This document shows, piece after piece, positions 21,101 to 28,976 of a DNA stretch of 64,000 nt. Location of the stretch: positions 100,525 through 164,524 of the forward strand of contig CAXXHG010000047.1 in NCBI GenBank assembly GCA_963666315.2, given 5' to 3'. Every line of letters begins with the position of its first letter. Within the stretch, counting starts at the first letter, position 1. The position numbers and the translations under genes are program-made. Below the pieces are notes generated by a model that saw nothing but the letters and a program-made list of their open reading frames with translations, did no database searches and was not told the DNA's origin. This stretch comes from Candidatus Binatia bacterium (GTDB taxonomy: Bacteria; Desulfobacterota; Binatia; Bin18).

Positions 21101-21243
21101 ATCTTTAAAGCGCGATGCACATTCAGTCTGCGCTGGAGCACTTCGTACACCTCTCCCATGCCGCCGACGCCGACCAGCTTGAGGACGGTGTAGCGACCAT
21201 CGATGATGTCGTCCTGGGAAAGGGTTTGTTTCGCCTCAGACAT
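15148..21243 (-). CDS. Giant Hanks-type Ser/Thr protein kinase with Ala-rich helical repeats and one TM segment
   Basis: GVGGMGEVY, ALKIL, HRDIKPPN, DLG, YASPEQ, SDIYSLG, RYPD; TM-like LAAAASILIAATILVRFL near nt 16550-16605. Confidence 0.92.
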   Translation of the reverse strand: MSEAKQTLSQDDIIDGRYTVLKLVGVGGMGEVYEVLQRRLNVHRALKILSPQFAADGAMVERFQNEAQRMAQLGKHDHIVQVFDAEYDEEKDCNYILMEYIRGQTLREVLNQLDETVKFTETTQPLASAAGLPLRRVLDIADQVADALSYMHGQQLVHRDIKPPNIMIEDDTERVVVMDLGIAKKVQEGDTGHTGTMVFTGAYASPEQFNGLKNLDHRSDIYSLGLVMAELYTGERVHPYPNREAIRTLDIGGLPEFEDLLRQAITWRPDDRYPDMQALLQAIDQCREVLPAFEQALAVRAELGNAKQQAEEKEAGHWAADLWNRAGEREAEGGQLIAARSYTKAVTAYEEARQLFGEAAQAAWAAAAPEQAERLRQEADKRGVQNWPRAAKAYRDGVAHQTQAQDGLGYEKAAASFREALDLVPQEAAQQLRDRVIGEGAQDLVPNESTATEEQWRRAEEAFDQEDYETALSAYTTVISAFELLLSLANKEKAQVACEDAQRAQEGAELAGAKIFSAQEFAEVAQRLSTGLAHAEAQDWTAALPCYTQANQEFGALQEQALEEDKRRKAKRAVRAAASAAATARNAVAAAHAQAQAASAERLVAPAWQQAVTQAESAEAVFQEAEETPAAATYTAAEAQFQAAAEFFATAAEAARLQAAHKAAQAAQGAAQHAHTQAEAAHAATLAPSDWDDAEATWGEASATFERAEEEHDAAGCTTAIAQFETATTHYEMARTAADQETARREAETAKQVAQSAKGQTETTDIRSWPQAQARVTAADEVYRQAVGHWDRAEYLQASPLYAAATQAYEEALSIATRGTQGAAAQAAQGEANRARGQAAAAQAVALAQAEWIAAGGEFGQAQTAWKAHDYTLAETQFQAATALYGEAQASAEGEAARRSAETAQRVTLAAREGAEAAHAATLAPSDWDDAEATWGEASATFERAEEEHDAAGCTTAIAQFETATTLYEAARIAADQEAARREAEPAKQATKSAKERTEATDIRSWPQAQARVTAGDAAYGQAADHWDRTEYRQASPLYAAATQAYEEALSIATRGTQGAAAQAAQGEADRAKGQAAGAQAAGLAPTEWEQAEAVLGRAQAAWEAHDYTEAATQFQAAAECFAAAETLACVQAAQDLAAAALETAAHARAQAQAAQAEPLAREDWTAAEAALGAATTTFTRAGEEDDAARYTTAQGQFAAATTQYEAAQTTAEQETARRAAEQAQTAAEKARAKAQACDAEAFVPTAWTAAEDSLTQATETFQAAQATPASAAYTTAAHLLTQAAELYAKAATQAELEAARQATEQAQTAAEKARVKAQACDAEALVPTAWTAAEDSLTQASETFQAAQATPASAAYATAAHLFTQATELYAEAVTQAEREAARQAALQAQASALAGQQTARDAQAQGLAETAWREATRALSSAQAEFDTQAYTEAKEQFAQAAELYVKAVTQAEREAARRAAVQTQATTEQARAKAEAFGLAQWPSAQARYTDGEQASQQAAPLLADADYSRATAQYSAAIRAYKDALSIAEQARRGALFKQYAPRLAAAASILIAATILVRFLEPPDTETGPIPDEPVQVVAKRPPPPVPTPLVDQSKTLAQQTEGARQQAEQRKTEEAQREGEEAQKRIEDVAAQRKVEEQVQLVTEEEARREAAAEARAAAVAQGKAEEEARKRTEQKLATATQENNTAIELAAFVSDIQQQAKQIEAPQYAERSWSQGMDALREANRLGTNKQYALATEQYRSAQDLFSQALDQARTQQLKLVDTIQNQAAQARVKAEKAGAKNDARDLLQKAQYALTQADGSSQEQRYLEARQHYAQATRFFNDAATRAKQQAGKRNQTTMQGAQDTAEARKQEAEKASARQYASALFQDGISAQANANQLRDSRQYTTARTRYREAAVFFEQARGKAQDEASSTVTIEEAKDWVRKVRLAYQNPCQNVATLVELGAVNNGARIGFQRLACEQEYRVIVQDEVSVSQIEKRAQVSLVRRIEANGRTVMKMSEKCLLEKQQGRIRGSCGDRKQLKL
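17101..17598. repeat. Intragenic tandem duplication, 249 bp (83 aa) x2
   Basis: Near-identical blocks offset by 249 bp (ATAGATGCGCCGCCGTGG at 17154 and 17403). Confidence 0.85.
17891..19326. repeat. Intragenic tandem duplication, 711 bp (237 aa) x2
   Basis: GCCGCCTGAAACTG at 17891, 18602 and 19313; long identical stretches between 18040-18501 and 18751-19212. Confidence 0.9.
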
Positions 21244-21296
21244 TATACGTCAGACGTGAGGAGCTACAGCATCCCTGTGCTTTTCGTGCATGCTTA

Positions 21297-21458
21297 GAGG
21301 GCGTCCAAAAAGTCCATTCCGGGCGTCGCCCGGCTGCAATCAGCGTGTCCAGCGTTGCCCTGCATCTCCATATCCCAGTGGATATGGCTGCTTCGAGCGC
21401 CTCGGTCACACCGTTTTCGCGCGGGCTTTGGCCGCAGAGACACTTATTAGACATCCTC
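21297..21458. mobile_element. MITE-like element, 162 bp, imperfect 17-bp TIRs, flanking TTA direct repeat
   Basis: Left end GAGGGCGTCCAAAAAGT vs reverse-complemented right end GAGGATGTCTAATAAGT (13/17); TTA at 21294-96 and 21459-61; internal hairpin CCATATCC-CAGT-GGATATGG. Confidence 0.65.
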
Positions 21459-22238
21459 TTAGCGCGCGGCGGTCTCCTCGTAGGCCAGGACAATCACCGT
21501 GCTATTATCTGGACCGCCCCGTTCGTTGGCTAAATCCACCAGACCATCACACGCGGTTTGTAAATCCTGCCCTTCTGCTGTCACTATCTCTAGGAGTTCC
21601 TGATCGTTTATTACCCCGTGGACACCATCACTGCACAGAACAAATAGATCTCCAACTTGTGGTGTTTCCATACGGATATCGGGGCGCACCATGGCACTCG
21701 TCCCTACGGCTTGGGTGAGCATATGTCTGGAGGGGTGTGTGCGCATCTCCTCCTGCTCTATTTCGCCCTGCCGAAAGAGCTGTTGGACGATGGAATGATC
21801 TTCGGTGAGCTGATCAAGTTGGCCGTCTCGAACACGGTAGACGCGCGAGTCTCCCACGTGGCTGATACACACGACTTTTTCCTGTAGGTCAAATAGGATG
21901 GCCGCGATCGTCGTGCCCATGCCCTCCAAGGCTGCGTCTTGCTTGCTCCGTTCGAACACGTCGTTGTTGGCTTGATGAACGGCCATTTCGAGCCGGCGTC
22001 CGCCAGTAGAATAGTGTCCACTAGAGTCTGCCATGGGGGTCAGGTCCTCTGCTTGAGTATTTCCGAGAGAGCGTCGCATGGTCTCTACCGCCAAAGCGCT
22101 GGCAACGGCTCCACCCTGGTGCCCACCCATGCCGTCAGCGACTATGTAAAAGGCCAGCTCCGAACAACAGCCAAAGGAGTCCTCGTTCTTTTTACGGACC
22201 TTTCCTATATCGCTCCGGACTGCAGATTGAATGATCAT
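21459..22238 (-). CDS. PP2C-type Ser/Thr phosphatase (Stp1/PrpC family)
   Basis: SDIGKVRKKNED, VADGMGGH, GMGTT, HVGDSRVY, LTEDHS, LCSDG, GGPDNST; RBS AGGAG before ATG 22238. Confidence 0.95.
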   Translation of the reverse strand: MIIQSAVRSDIGKVRKKNEDSFGCCSELAFYIVADGMGGHQGGAVASALAVETMRRSLGNTQAEDLTPMADSSGHYSTGGRRLEMAVHQANNDVFERSKQDAALEGMGTTIAAILFDLQEKVVCISHVGDSRVYRVRDGQLDQLTEDHSIVQQLFRQGEIEQEEMRTHPSRHMLTQAVGTSAMVRPDIRMETPQVGDLFVLCSDGVHGVINDQELLEIVTAEGQDLQTACDGLVDLANERGGPDNSTVIVLAYEETAAR

Positions 22239-22340
22239 GAGACACTCTCCTATCTGGACGAGAGCAACGTTGCAGGTAACCACAATACTGATTTTCTTTA
22301 TCTATGTCGCCTACTTAGTGGCTGTCAAGCTTCTTATTGT

Positions 22341-23216
22341 TTATCTGAGGGCTCCACGCAGCGTGAGGTCTTGCAGCGGGCTGAAATAGGCGTCGTCGCT
22401 CCGATCACGTGGAACCGGCATATGCACCCAGTCAACGCGTCTGCCCGTCTCAGCAACTGCAGCATTCGCCATGCGCACGCTGAGCCCGAGATCCTGTGGC
22501 TGTTTCATATGCTGATGGCCCAGGTCTGCATAACAAAAATGGTAGCCTAACAAGACCTCGTCCGGAATCTGAGCGGAGAGACGCTGGATCTCGGTCACAT
22601 AGCGCTGCCACGCATCTCCTGGCGGAGCCCAAGGGAAAATGCCCTCAATCTCTAAGACCTCCCAGCAGACGTCCCACTGCAGCGCCAGATCCTCAGCCGG
22701 AATCTGCTCGACTATTTTCTCGACCTCGTGCAGCATGGCTGCCTCATACGGCGGGATTATGCGCGCCAGGTTGCCCGGCTGCTGAAAGAACCAGCCTGAA
22801 CCGCCCAGAGGAGTGGGTAGGCTGACTTGAAACCGAACGGACTGGGGAATGACCCCTTGGTCACGCAGACGACAGAATGTGCGGTACGAATCGACAGCCG
22901 CACTCGCATATTTGAGATCCGAAAATTGGATCTCCTGCGTCCACTCTTTTATTGTGAAGCGCCACGCATCCTCCAGGTCGCCCGGCATCCAGGGTTCTGG
23001 TCCCCGTTGGAGTTGATGCAGGTTGACGAGTTGTGCGTGCTCATGAAATATCCGATACGCCTGGAAGATGACCCAGATGGTGCGGTCGCCGACTTCCCCA
23101 TCAGGCAGACAGGTGACATGCGCACCCAGCTCTCGGGCACACGTGCTGAAGACCTCTGCGGCGGTATCCAGCGGGACACTGCCAACCAGCAGAACTGAAC
23201 CGGTCAAGTCTGACAT
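22341..23216 (-). pseudogene. UROD/MetE-like TIM-barrel protein, apparently truncated at the C-terminus
   Basis: LVGSVPL, LPDGE.GDR, RFQVSLPTP, QWDVC.E, GYHFCYADLGH.H, W.HMPVP; stops before the expected last strands and the Cys-containing ECG motif. Confidence 0.6.
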
Positions 23217-23234
23217 GATTTCAACTTCACACTC

Positions 23235-24848
23235 TTACGATGGTGCAATCAAAAATGATGCGAGGTAGCGCTCAAGCAAGGCGTATTCGTCGATGTTGCA
23301 CCGAAAACCGATATATCCATCCGGGCGCACCAAGACAAACTCGCCGTTGGCCGACACGTTCAGAGTGTGTGCGACCTTGCCCTCCGGATCTGCTATCGGC
23401 AGCAAGGCGGGCCACGGATGGGGCACGGTGGGTGCGATCAACTCGAATTTTACGCAGGCAGCGTAGCCTGCTTGAATCGCACTCAGGGCGGCGGCGGCGT
23501 CAGCTAATTGCTCATCTTGTGCCTGTCCCAACACGCTCAGGAGGGTAAAGCGGGTGTGGCTAAACAGTTGGTGCAAGCGCAGATGCTCGGAAATGGCCAC
23601 ATCGGGGGCGCGGTCACCGATAGCCGGATCCCAGTGGGTTGCAGTGCCTGCCGGCAACTCGATAAGTCCGCGGTAGTTATAGCTGAGTCCGGATATGCGG
23701 GCCACGGCATTGTCCTGCCAATTCTCGCTCTGGGTAAGCGCCATGCGGTCTGCCAAGCCCTGGCCGTGGGCGAGAATAATTTCATGCACGGCTGAGCTGC
23801 CTTCGATCACTTGATCGGTCACGGGCTCGCGTTCGCGCTCATAGGTGTCGAGTAACGCAGGCTTTGCATACCCTTGAATCACCAAAGCGATTTTCCATGC
23901 CAGGTTGTAGGCATCTTGGATGCACACATTCCAGCCTTGGCCGCCGGCGACCGAGTGCACGTGCGCCGATTCCCCACACAGAAAGACATGGCCTTTGCGG
24001 TAGGCGTCGGCTTTGCGGATCCAGATCTCCCAGGTTGTTTTCCATTCCGGCTCGCCGATTTTTACGGCAGGCAGATGGTCTGCGACTATCGGGCCGACGT
24101 GATCTTCTTGCGCAAATTCTCCGCTATCCCCCTGGCTGCTGACCAGCACGCGATGATTGGGGCCGGCCAGCTTGCCGATCATGAGGAAGGTATCTTTGGC
24201 GATATAGTAATGCAGCATATGATCCGAGCCCTCGAAATTCTCAAGCTCGGCGTCAACCATCTGCATGACCAGGCCCTCATATTCCGAGCCCTCATACTTG
24301 AATCCCAGGCATTCGCGAGTGGGACTATGCAGGCCGTCACACGCGATCACCCAATCCGGCTTGATGATCTCTTCGCTCTCGCTGTCCCCCGTCTTGTGCG
24401 TCTCGTGATTGACGCTCACCGTCACCGTGCCGTCGGCGCTCTCCTCGATATTGGTGAGTTCCGTACTCCACTCGATGGGCAAACCCAGATCGTGTTCCAG
24501 ATGATCGCGTAAAACCTTTTCGGTCTCATTTTGATTAAACATGCACACGAACGGATAGCGCGTAGGCAAGCGCGTGTAGTCCAAGCCGGCTTTCATATCG
24601 CTGCCCTTGAAATTAAAGACATACCCGTCGTTTCTGACACCGCCATGTAAAAAGCGCCCGACTATGCCGATGTCTTCGAGCATCTCCAGCGTTCGGGCAT
24701 GTACGGTAATCGCGCGCGAGGTGTCGGACGGGCCGGGCCGTCTCTCGATAATGCGGCACTAAATGCCGCGCCGGCGTAGCTCGATGGCAGTCCCGAAACC
24801 CGTGGGTCCTGCCCCCACGACGAGAACTTGTGGATGGTTATCGTTCAT
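23235..24848 (-). pseudogene. FAD-dependent aromatic monooxygenase (PheA/TfdB-like) with an in-frame TAG at codon 30
   Basis: ATG 24848 gives MNDNHPQVLVVGAGPTG...RRRGI*CRIIERR..SRA..VHARTLEML, in frame with the 482-aa ORF (CDGLHS, GESAHVHS..GGQGWN..IQDAYNLAWK, LVRPDGYIG); stop at 24759-24761. Confidence 0.85.
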
Positions 24849-24870
24849 ATTTATACCTGTTATATCGCAA

Positions 24871-25926
24871 TCAGAGATTCCGGACATGCGGCAGCACGTG
24901 CTTGGCGAAACGTTCGAGTGACCGCAAAATCTTGTCCTGCCTCATGCCCCCGAAGTTCACTTCAAGCAGCATATAGGTGAGGCCCAAGCCGTCCTTGATG
25001 TTCTTGATGCGTTGCACGCAGCGCTCGGGGCTGCCAAAGATCAGTCCATCGCCTTTGTCCATAATGTCATAGCTGAGCTGGGCGAAGATGTCGCCGAGTC
25101 CTTTGCCATATGCCTTATACTGTGCGGACTGCCACGGTTTATCCAGACCGGCGAAGAACTTGAGATAGCGATCTAATTCTGTTTCGGCTTCACGCCGCGC
25201 CTGGCCGTCGTCTTCGGCTATATACATGTGGTAGGCGCCCTGTACTTCTCGTTGGGCCGGATCGTATCCGTTGTCGACTAAGGTTTGCCGATATAAATCG
25301 ACCCGCTCGCGCAGCGGTCCAAAGGTCGGATAAGCGAACGGCACGAGCATGATGTTATAGCCGCGCTCTCCAGTCCACATGAACGACTCGGGTGACGCCA
25401 CGGCAGCGGCCCAGATGGGTGGGTGGGGTTGCTGCACCGGCGTGGGCAGGGTTTTGACCGGCTCGATGTTGAAATGGGTGCCGGCATACTCGACCTCGCC
25501 CTGGGTCCAGGCTTGGAGAATGATATCCAGGGCTTCATGGTAGCGGCCTTGGCTGTGGTCGGGGTTGACCCCGAACAGGTCGTACTCGTGGCGCAGAATA
25601 CCCCGGCCGATACCGAAATCGAGCCGTCCGCCGCTGAGAACATCCAGCATCGCATATTCCTCGGCCGTCTTGATCGGATGCGTCAGGGGTAACAGCGTCA
25701 CCCCAGTCCCAAAGCGTATGCGCTTAGTGCGCTGTGCGGCTGCGGCGGCAAAGATAGGCGGTGAGGGAAACGCATAGCCGCCGACGTAGTGCTCGGCAAA
25801 CCAAACGCCATCGATGCCGATTTCTTCACACAGATCGATTTGCTCTAATATCTCACCGTAGTAATGGCTGGACGATTTGTGGCGTTCTTCGTAGTAGTCG
25901 GGAATATACAAAACACCGAATTTCAT
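24871..25926 (-). CDS. LLM class (luciferase-like) flavin-dependent oxidoreductase
   Basis: MKFG, WFAEH, RIRFGTGV.LLP..HP...AEE.A.LD.LSGGRLDFGIGRG, P.PVQQPHPPIW. Confidence 0.93.
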   Translation of the reverse strand: MKFGVLYIPDYYEERHKSSSHYYGEILEQIDLCEEIGIDGVWFAEHYVGGYAFPSPPIFAAAAAQRTKRIRFGTGVTLLPLTHPIKTAEEYAMLDVLSGGRLDFGIGRGILRHEYDLFGVNPDHSQGRYHEALDIILQAWTQGEVEYAGTHFNIEPVKTLPTPVQQPHPPIWAAAVASPESFMWTGERGYNIMLVPFAYPTFGPLRERVDLYRQTLVDNGYDPAQREVQGAYHMYIAEDDGQARREAETELDRYLKFFAGLDKPWQSAQYKAYGKGLGDIFAQLSYDIMDKGDGLIFGSPERCVQRIKNIKDGLGLTYMLLEVNFGGMRQDKILRSLERFAKHVLPHVRNL

Positions 25927-25963
25927 TGTGTCTTCCTTGTGATGCGCCTACGTTTACAGATTT

Positions 25964-27025
25964 TTACGGACCTTGCGGCCGCCGGCCATGAAAGGCGTTG
26001 TCCAGCAGCGTTCGGATCGACTCCTGGTTGAACGGACGTGGATTATAGTATGGGTTTTGGGTGGCGAGCTGCGCGGCGCGATCCAAATCCGCCTCTTGCA
26101 AACCCAGGTCTTTGAGCGCGACTGGAATCTGCAACGTCACGGCCAGGTCGTAGAGTCCTTGCGCGGCGTCTTCCGTGCCCAGCGCGCGGGCTACGCGCGC
26201 GTGCGCGTCCGCTGCGGCCGGAAAATTAAACGCTGCGGCATGGGGCAGAACTATCGTATGGGTTTCTGCATGGGGCAGATTAAACGTCCCGCCTAACGTG
26301 TGACACAGCTTGTGGTGCAGGGCCATGCCCACTGATCCCAAGGTCACTCCGGCCAGCCAGGCTCCGTACAGGGCCTGCGCTCGGACGTCAATATCTTGGG
26401 ACGCCTCCCTAAGCTGAGGCAGGCTGTTGGCCAAGGCGCGAATGCTTTCTTCCGCCATAAGCGACGCAATCGGATTGGCATCTTCGGCGTATAGTCCCTC
26501 AACACTATGCGCGATAGCATTCATGCCGCTCGTCCCCGACAGCTGAGTGGGTAAGCTGAGGGTCAGCGTTGGGTCGTAAATAACAGTCCGAGGCCGGATG
26601 CGCTCATTTCTTCCCGTTTGTTTGACACCCTCGGCCGTCAGTCCCCAGATCGGCGTCATCTCAGAGCCGGCATACGTAGTCGGAATGGCAATAAAAGGAA
26701 AGTCGAGTTTCAGGGCGATGGCTTTGCCCAAACCGGTTGTTGATCCTCCGCCTATGGCGACACCGCCATCGATGTCCGCGTCTTTGACCACCTGTATGGC
26801 TGCGCTTTGGGTGGCAACCGGCACGTGCATGACCGCCTGGTCAAAGATGGTCACGGCCCGTGAACCTATGAGGGTGGCAACCCGCTGTCCCTGATCCTGC
26901 TGTTCCGGCGTGGACAGGATGACCACCCGGGATAAGCCGAGTCGGTCCAGCTCATCAGGCAGTTGGTCGAGACTGCCCGCGCCAAAGACTACGCGGCTGG
27001 TCAGCATCTCACACGTGAATTTCAT
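25964..27025 (-). CDS. Maleylacetate reductase (HapF/PnpE-like)
   Basis: RVVFGAGS, AVMHVP, AIGGGSTTGLGKAIAL, IPTTYAGSEMT, MALHHKLCHTLGG.FNLPHAETH, NPY.NPR. Confidence 0.95.
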   Translation of the reverse strand: MKFTCEMLTSRVVFGAGSLDQLPDELDRLGLSRVVILSTPEQQDQGQRVATLIGSRAVTIFDQAVMHVPVATQSAAIQVVKDADIDGGVAIGGGSTTGLGKAIALKLDFPFIAIPTTYAGSEMTPIWGLTAEGVKQTGRNERIRPRTVIYDPTLTLSLPTQLSGTSGMNAIAHSVEGLYAEDANPIASLMAEESIRALANSLPQLREASQDIDVRAQALYGAWLAGVTLGSVGMALHHKLCHTLGGTFNLPHAETHTIVLPHAAAFNFPAAADAHARVARALGTEDAAQGLYDLAVTLQIPVALKDLGLQEADLDRAAQLATQNPYYNPRPFNQESIRTLLDNAFHGRRPQGP

Positions 27026-27410
27026 GACGGTCTCTCCTCGCTGATGCGGATCTGATCCGGATCATGCCGTTGTGTTGGCTGACTGGGACCAGATCGAGGG
27101 AGGCAGCTCTGCACGGTCCGTCGATGCAATAACCATCGTCATACTGGAACAGGGCGGTATGGTTGGCACACATAATCAGGCTGTGATTTGAGGTCACAAA
27201 ACGATCCTGCTGTACGTTGATGGGAATAGAAAAATGCGGACAGCGATTGGGATAGCCCCAGACCTCTGCTCCGCGCCGCACCACAAACATCCGAAACGCG
27301 TGGTAGCCGCTACCAAAGACAAACTCCTTACCCTGTCCATCGGGGATATCGTGCAGCTGACACAGAGGGGTGCCCAGGGCGGGGGCATTACGCTGTGTTT
27401 GCCATTCCAT
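27009..27410 (-). CDS. Rieske [2Fe-2S] ferredoxin-like protein
   Basis: NRCPH ... CANH.ALF...DG.CIDGPC. Confidence 0.9.
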   Translation of the reverse strand: MEWQTQRNAPALGTPLCQLHDIPDGQGKEFVFGSGYHAFRMFVVRRGAEVWGYPNRCPHFSIPINVQQDRFVTSNHSLIMCANHTALFQYDDGYCIDGPCRAASLDLVPVSQHNGMIRIRSASARRDRHEIHV

Positions 27411-27423
27411 AATGACAGCTCAA

Positions 27424-28413
27424 TTACAGATCGATGGGATACGGCGAGAGTTCGCCGCTGTCATATCGGTCGGGCAGGCCGGGTGTCGCGTTTTCCCAGA
27501 CCAGCAACATGGCGCGCTTGGGCGAAAAGCCCTGGTGCCGGATATCGGCCGGCATAGAGGCCACATCGCCTGGGTTCATGATGACTCTGGCCCGCGGCCG
27601 GCCTGTTTCCTTGTCGCCGACCTGCCAGGTGATCTGGTCACTGAGTTGGATAAACCACTCAACCCGGTCGTTGCCGTGAATAATGGGCAGCATATGTTCC
27701 TCGGTTGTCGGGCAGAACAGGCTGTTGCGACACACCGAGGTAACGGACGGATTCCACGTCACGTCGGAGCGAGACAAATATTTAAACAGGTTAATGGCGT
27801 GGACCTCGTTCTCAAAGCCGGGCTCGGCCTGAACCTCCGGCTCGTCTTGGTCGACATCGGGAAACGCCCGATTGATGGGATAGCCGTTGTCGTCTGAGCG
27901 TAGCGCGGCATCATTGGGCAGCCCCGGCATGCGCCGGCACGTTTCCCGGTTGCGCTCAATCGCCGCGATATTGTCGCCGTTCTTTTTTCCAAAAACCGTT
28001 GTGCCGGTCTCTGCGGGAGCCGCAAACGGATCAAAACCGGCGTTGGTCCAATCGGTCAGCACGGCTTTGAATGTTGCCAGGATATGCGGCGTCCCAAATG
28101 TTTCCACATAGTCGAGAACCGAGTCGTGATACCCGTCGTTATAGCGTCCGGCATACAGCTCCACGCTGCCGTATCGATTCCGCGTCCCCAGCACCGCATC
28201 GAAATTGACCCAGCCGTAAAAGAAACCCCACGACACGTCGCGCATAAGCGCTTTGAGAAAGGCATCCACCGGCATGGTGTGGGAGAGTTTCGCCTCTCTG
28301 GCCGGCCAACTAACGGTGACAAAATATTCATCCCGCGAAAAAGAAAATGCGCCCAGTTCAAAACTTTTATAACCCGTGTGCGGATGGGGGGCGGATGCCC
28401 GTATGGTACTCAT
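27424..28413 (-). CDS. Hydroquinone 1,2-dioxygenase large subunit (HapD/PnpC2/HqdB type)
   Basis: RDEYF, ALMRDVSWGFFYGWVNFD, DWTN.GFDPFAAP.ETG, LSRSDVTWNPSV, LFCPTTEE..LPIIHGNDRVEWFIQLSD, MPADIRHQG. Confidence 0.92.
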   Translation of the reverse strand: MSTIRASAPHPHTGYKSFELGAFSFSRDEYFVTVSWPAREAKLSHTMPVDAFLKALMRDVSWGFFYGWVNFDAVLGTRNRYGSVELYAGRYNDGYHDSVLDYVETFGTPHILATFKAVLTDWTNAGFDPFAAPAETGTTVFGKKNGDNIAAIERNRETCRRMPGLPNDAALRSDDNGYPINRAFPDVDQDEPEVQAEPGFENEVHAINLFKYLSRSDVTWNPSVTSVCRNSLFCPTTEEHMLPIIHGNDRVEWFIQLSDQITWQVGDKETGRPRARVIMNPGDVASMPADIRHQGFSPKRAMLLVWENATPGLPDRYDSGELSPYPIDL

Positions 28414-28448
28414 GTTATGTCTCCTTCTTTGCTGTAGAGAAAATATTC

Positions 28449-28949
28449 CTACGACTCACAGATGTCTGCCCACTTCTCGACGGTGAGTGGGCCTTTGAGC
28501 GTTTGCAAGAGAATGACGCCTGGTTGTTCTGCAATGAATTGATACGCCGCGCCCGCGGGCAGCAGGGCTTGATGACCGCGGCGCAGCTTCATGCGTCCCA
28601 TCTTGCGCCCCACGGGTGTCCCCGGGACTCGCACTGAGCCGTGCGCATCATCAGACACAATCGAGGCGGGGTCATCAAGCTTGACCAAATGTATTTCCAG
28701 CTGGCCATCCATGACAACGGCAAACTCATCGTGGGCGGCGCTAAACCAGTCCGAGCGGCCCTCGGTGCGCAGGACCTCGATAACGTATTCGAGGTTTTTC
28801 GCGACCGCAATTTTTTCATACGGCCGCGCATCAGAAGCCACCTCAAAGATATTGGAGAAGGCATAGTGTTGGGCCTGGTCATTAATGATTTCCAGCCTGC
28901 CTTTCTCGTAGTGTTCAAGTGAACCAAACACGGTGGTGTACTCAGACAT
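28449..28949 (-). CDS. Hydroquinone 1,2-dioxygenase small subunit (HapC/PnpC1/HqdA type)
   Basis: TVFGSL..YEKG, YAFSNIFEVA...PYEK.AVAKNLEYVIE, HDEF, GHQALLP, LTVEKWADIC. Confidence 0.92.
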   Translation of the reverse strand: MSEYTTVFGSLEHYEKGRLEIINDQAQHYAFSNIFEVASDARPYEKIAVAKNLEYVIEVLRTEGRSDWFSAAHDEFAVVMDGQLEIHLVKLDDPASIVSDDAHGSVRVPGTPVGRKMGRMKLRRGHQALLPAGAAYQFIAEQPGVILLQTLKGPLTVEKWADICES

Positions 28950-28976
28950 GATGATCCCTCCCTAGGCTGACAACGA

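Noticed and set aside
15640-21108. Many long plus-strand ORFs opposite the kinase
   Set aside because: Shadow ORFs of GC-rich, Ala-rich repeats with no protein-like features.
24759-24761. Pyrrolysine or amber recoding in the FAD monooxygenase
   Set aside because: TAG serves as a normal stop in many genes here, no pyl genes are seen, and the position is not an obvious catalytic site; a nonsense mutation or error is simpler.
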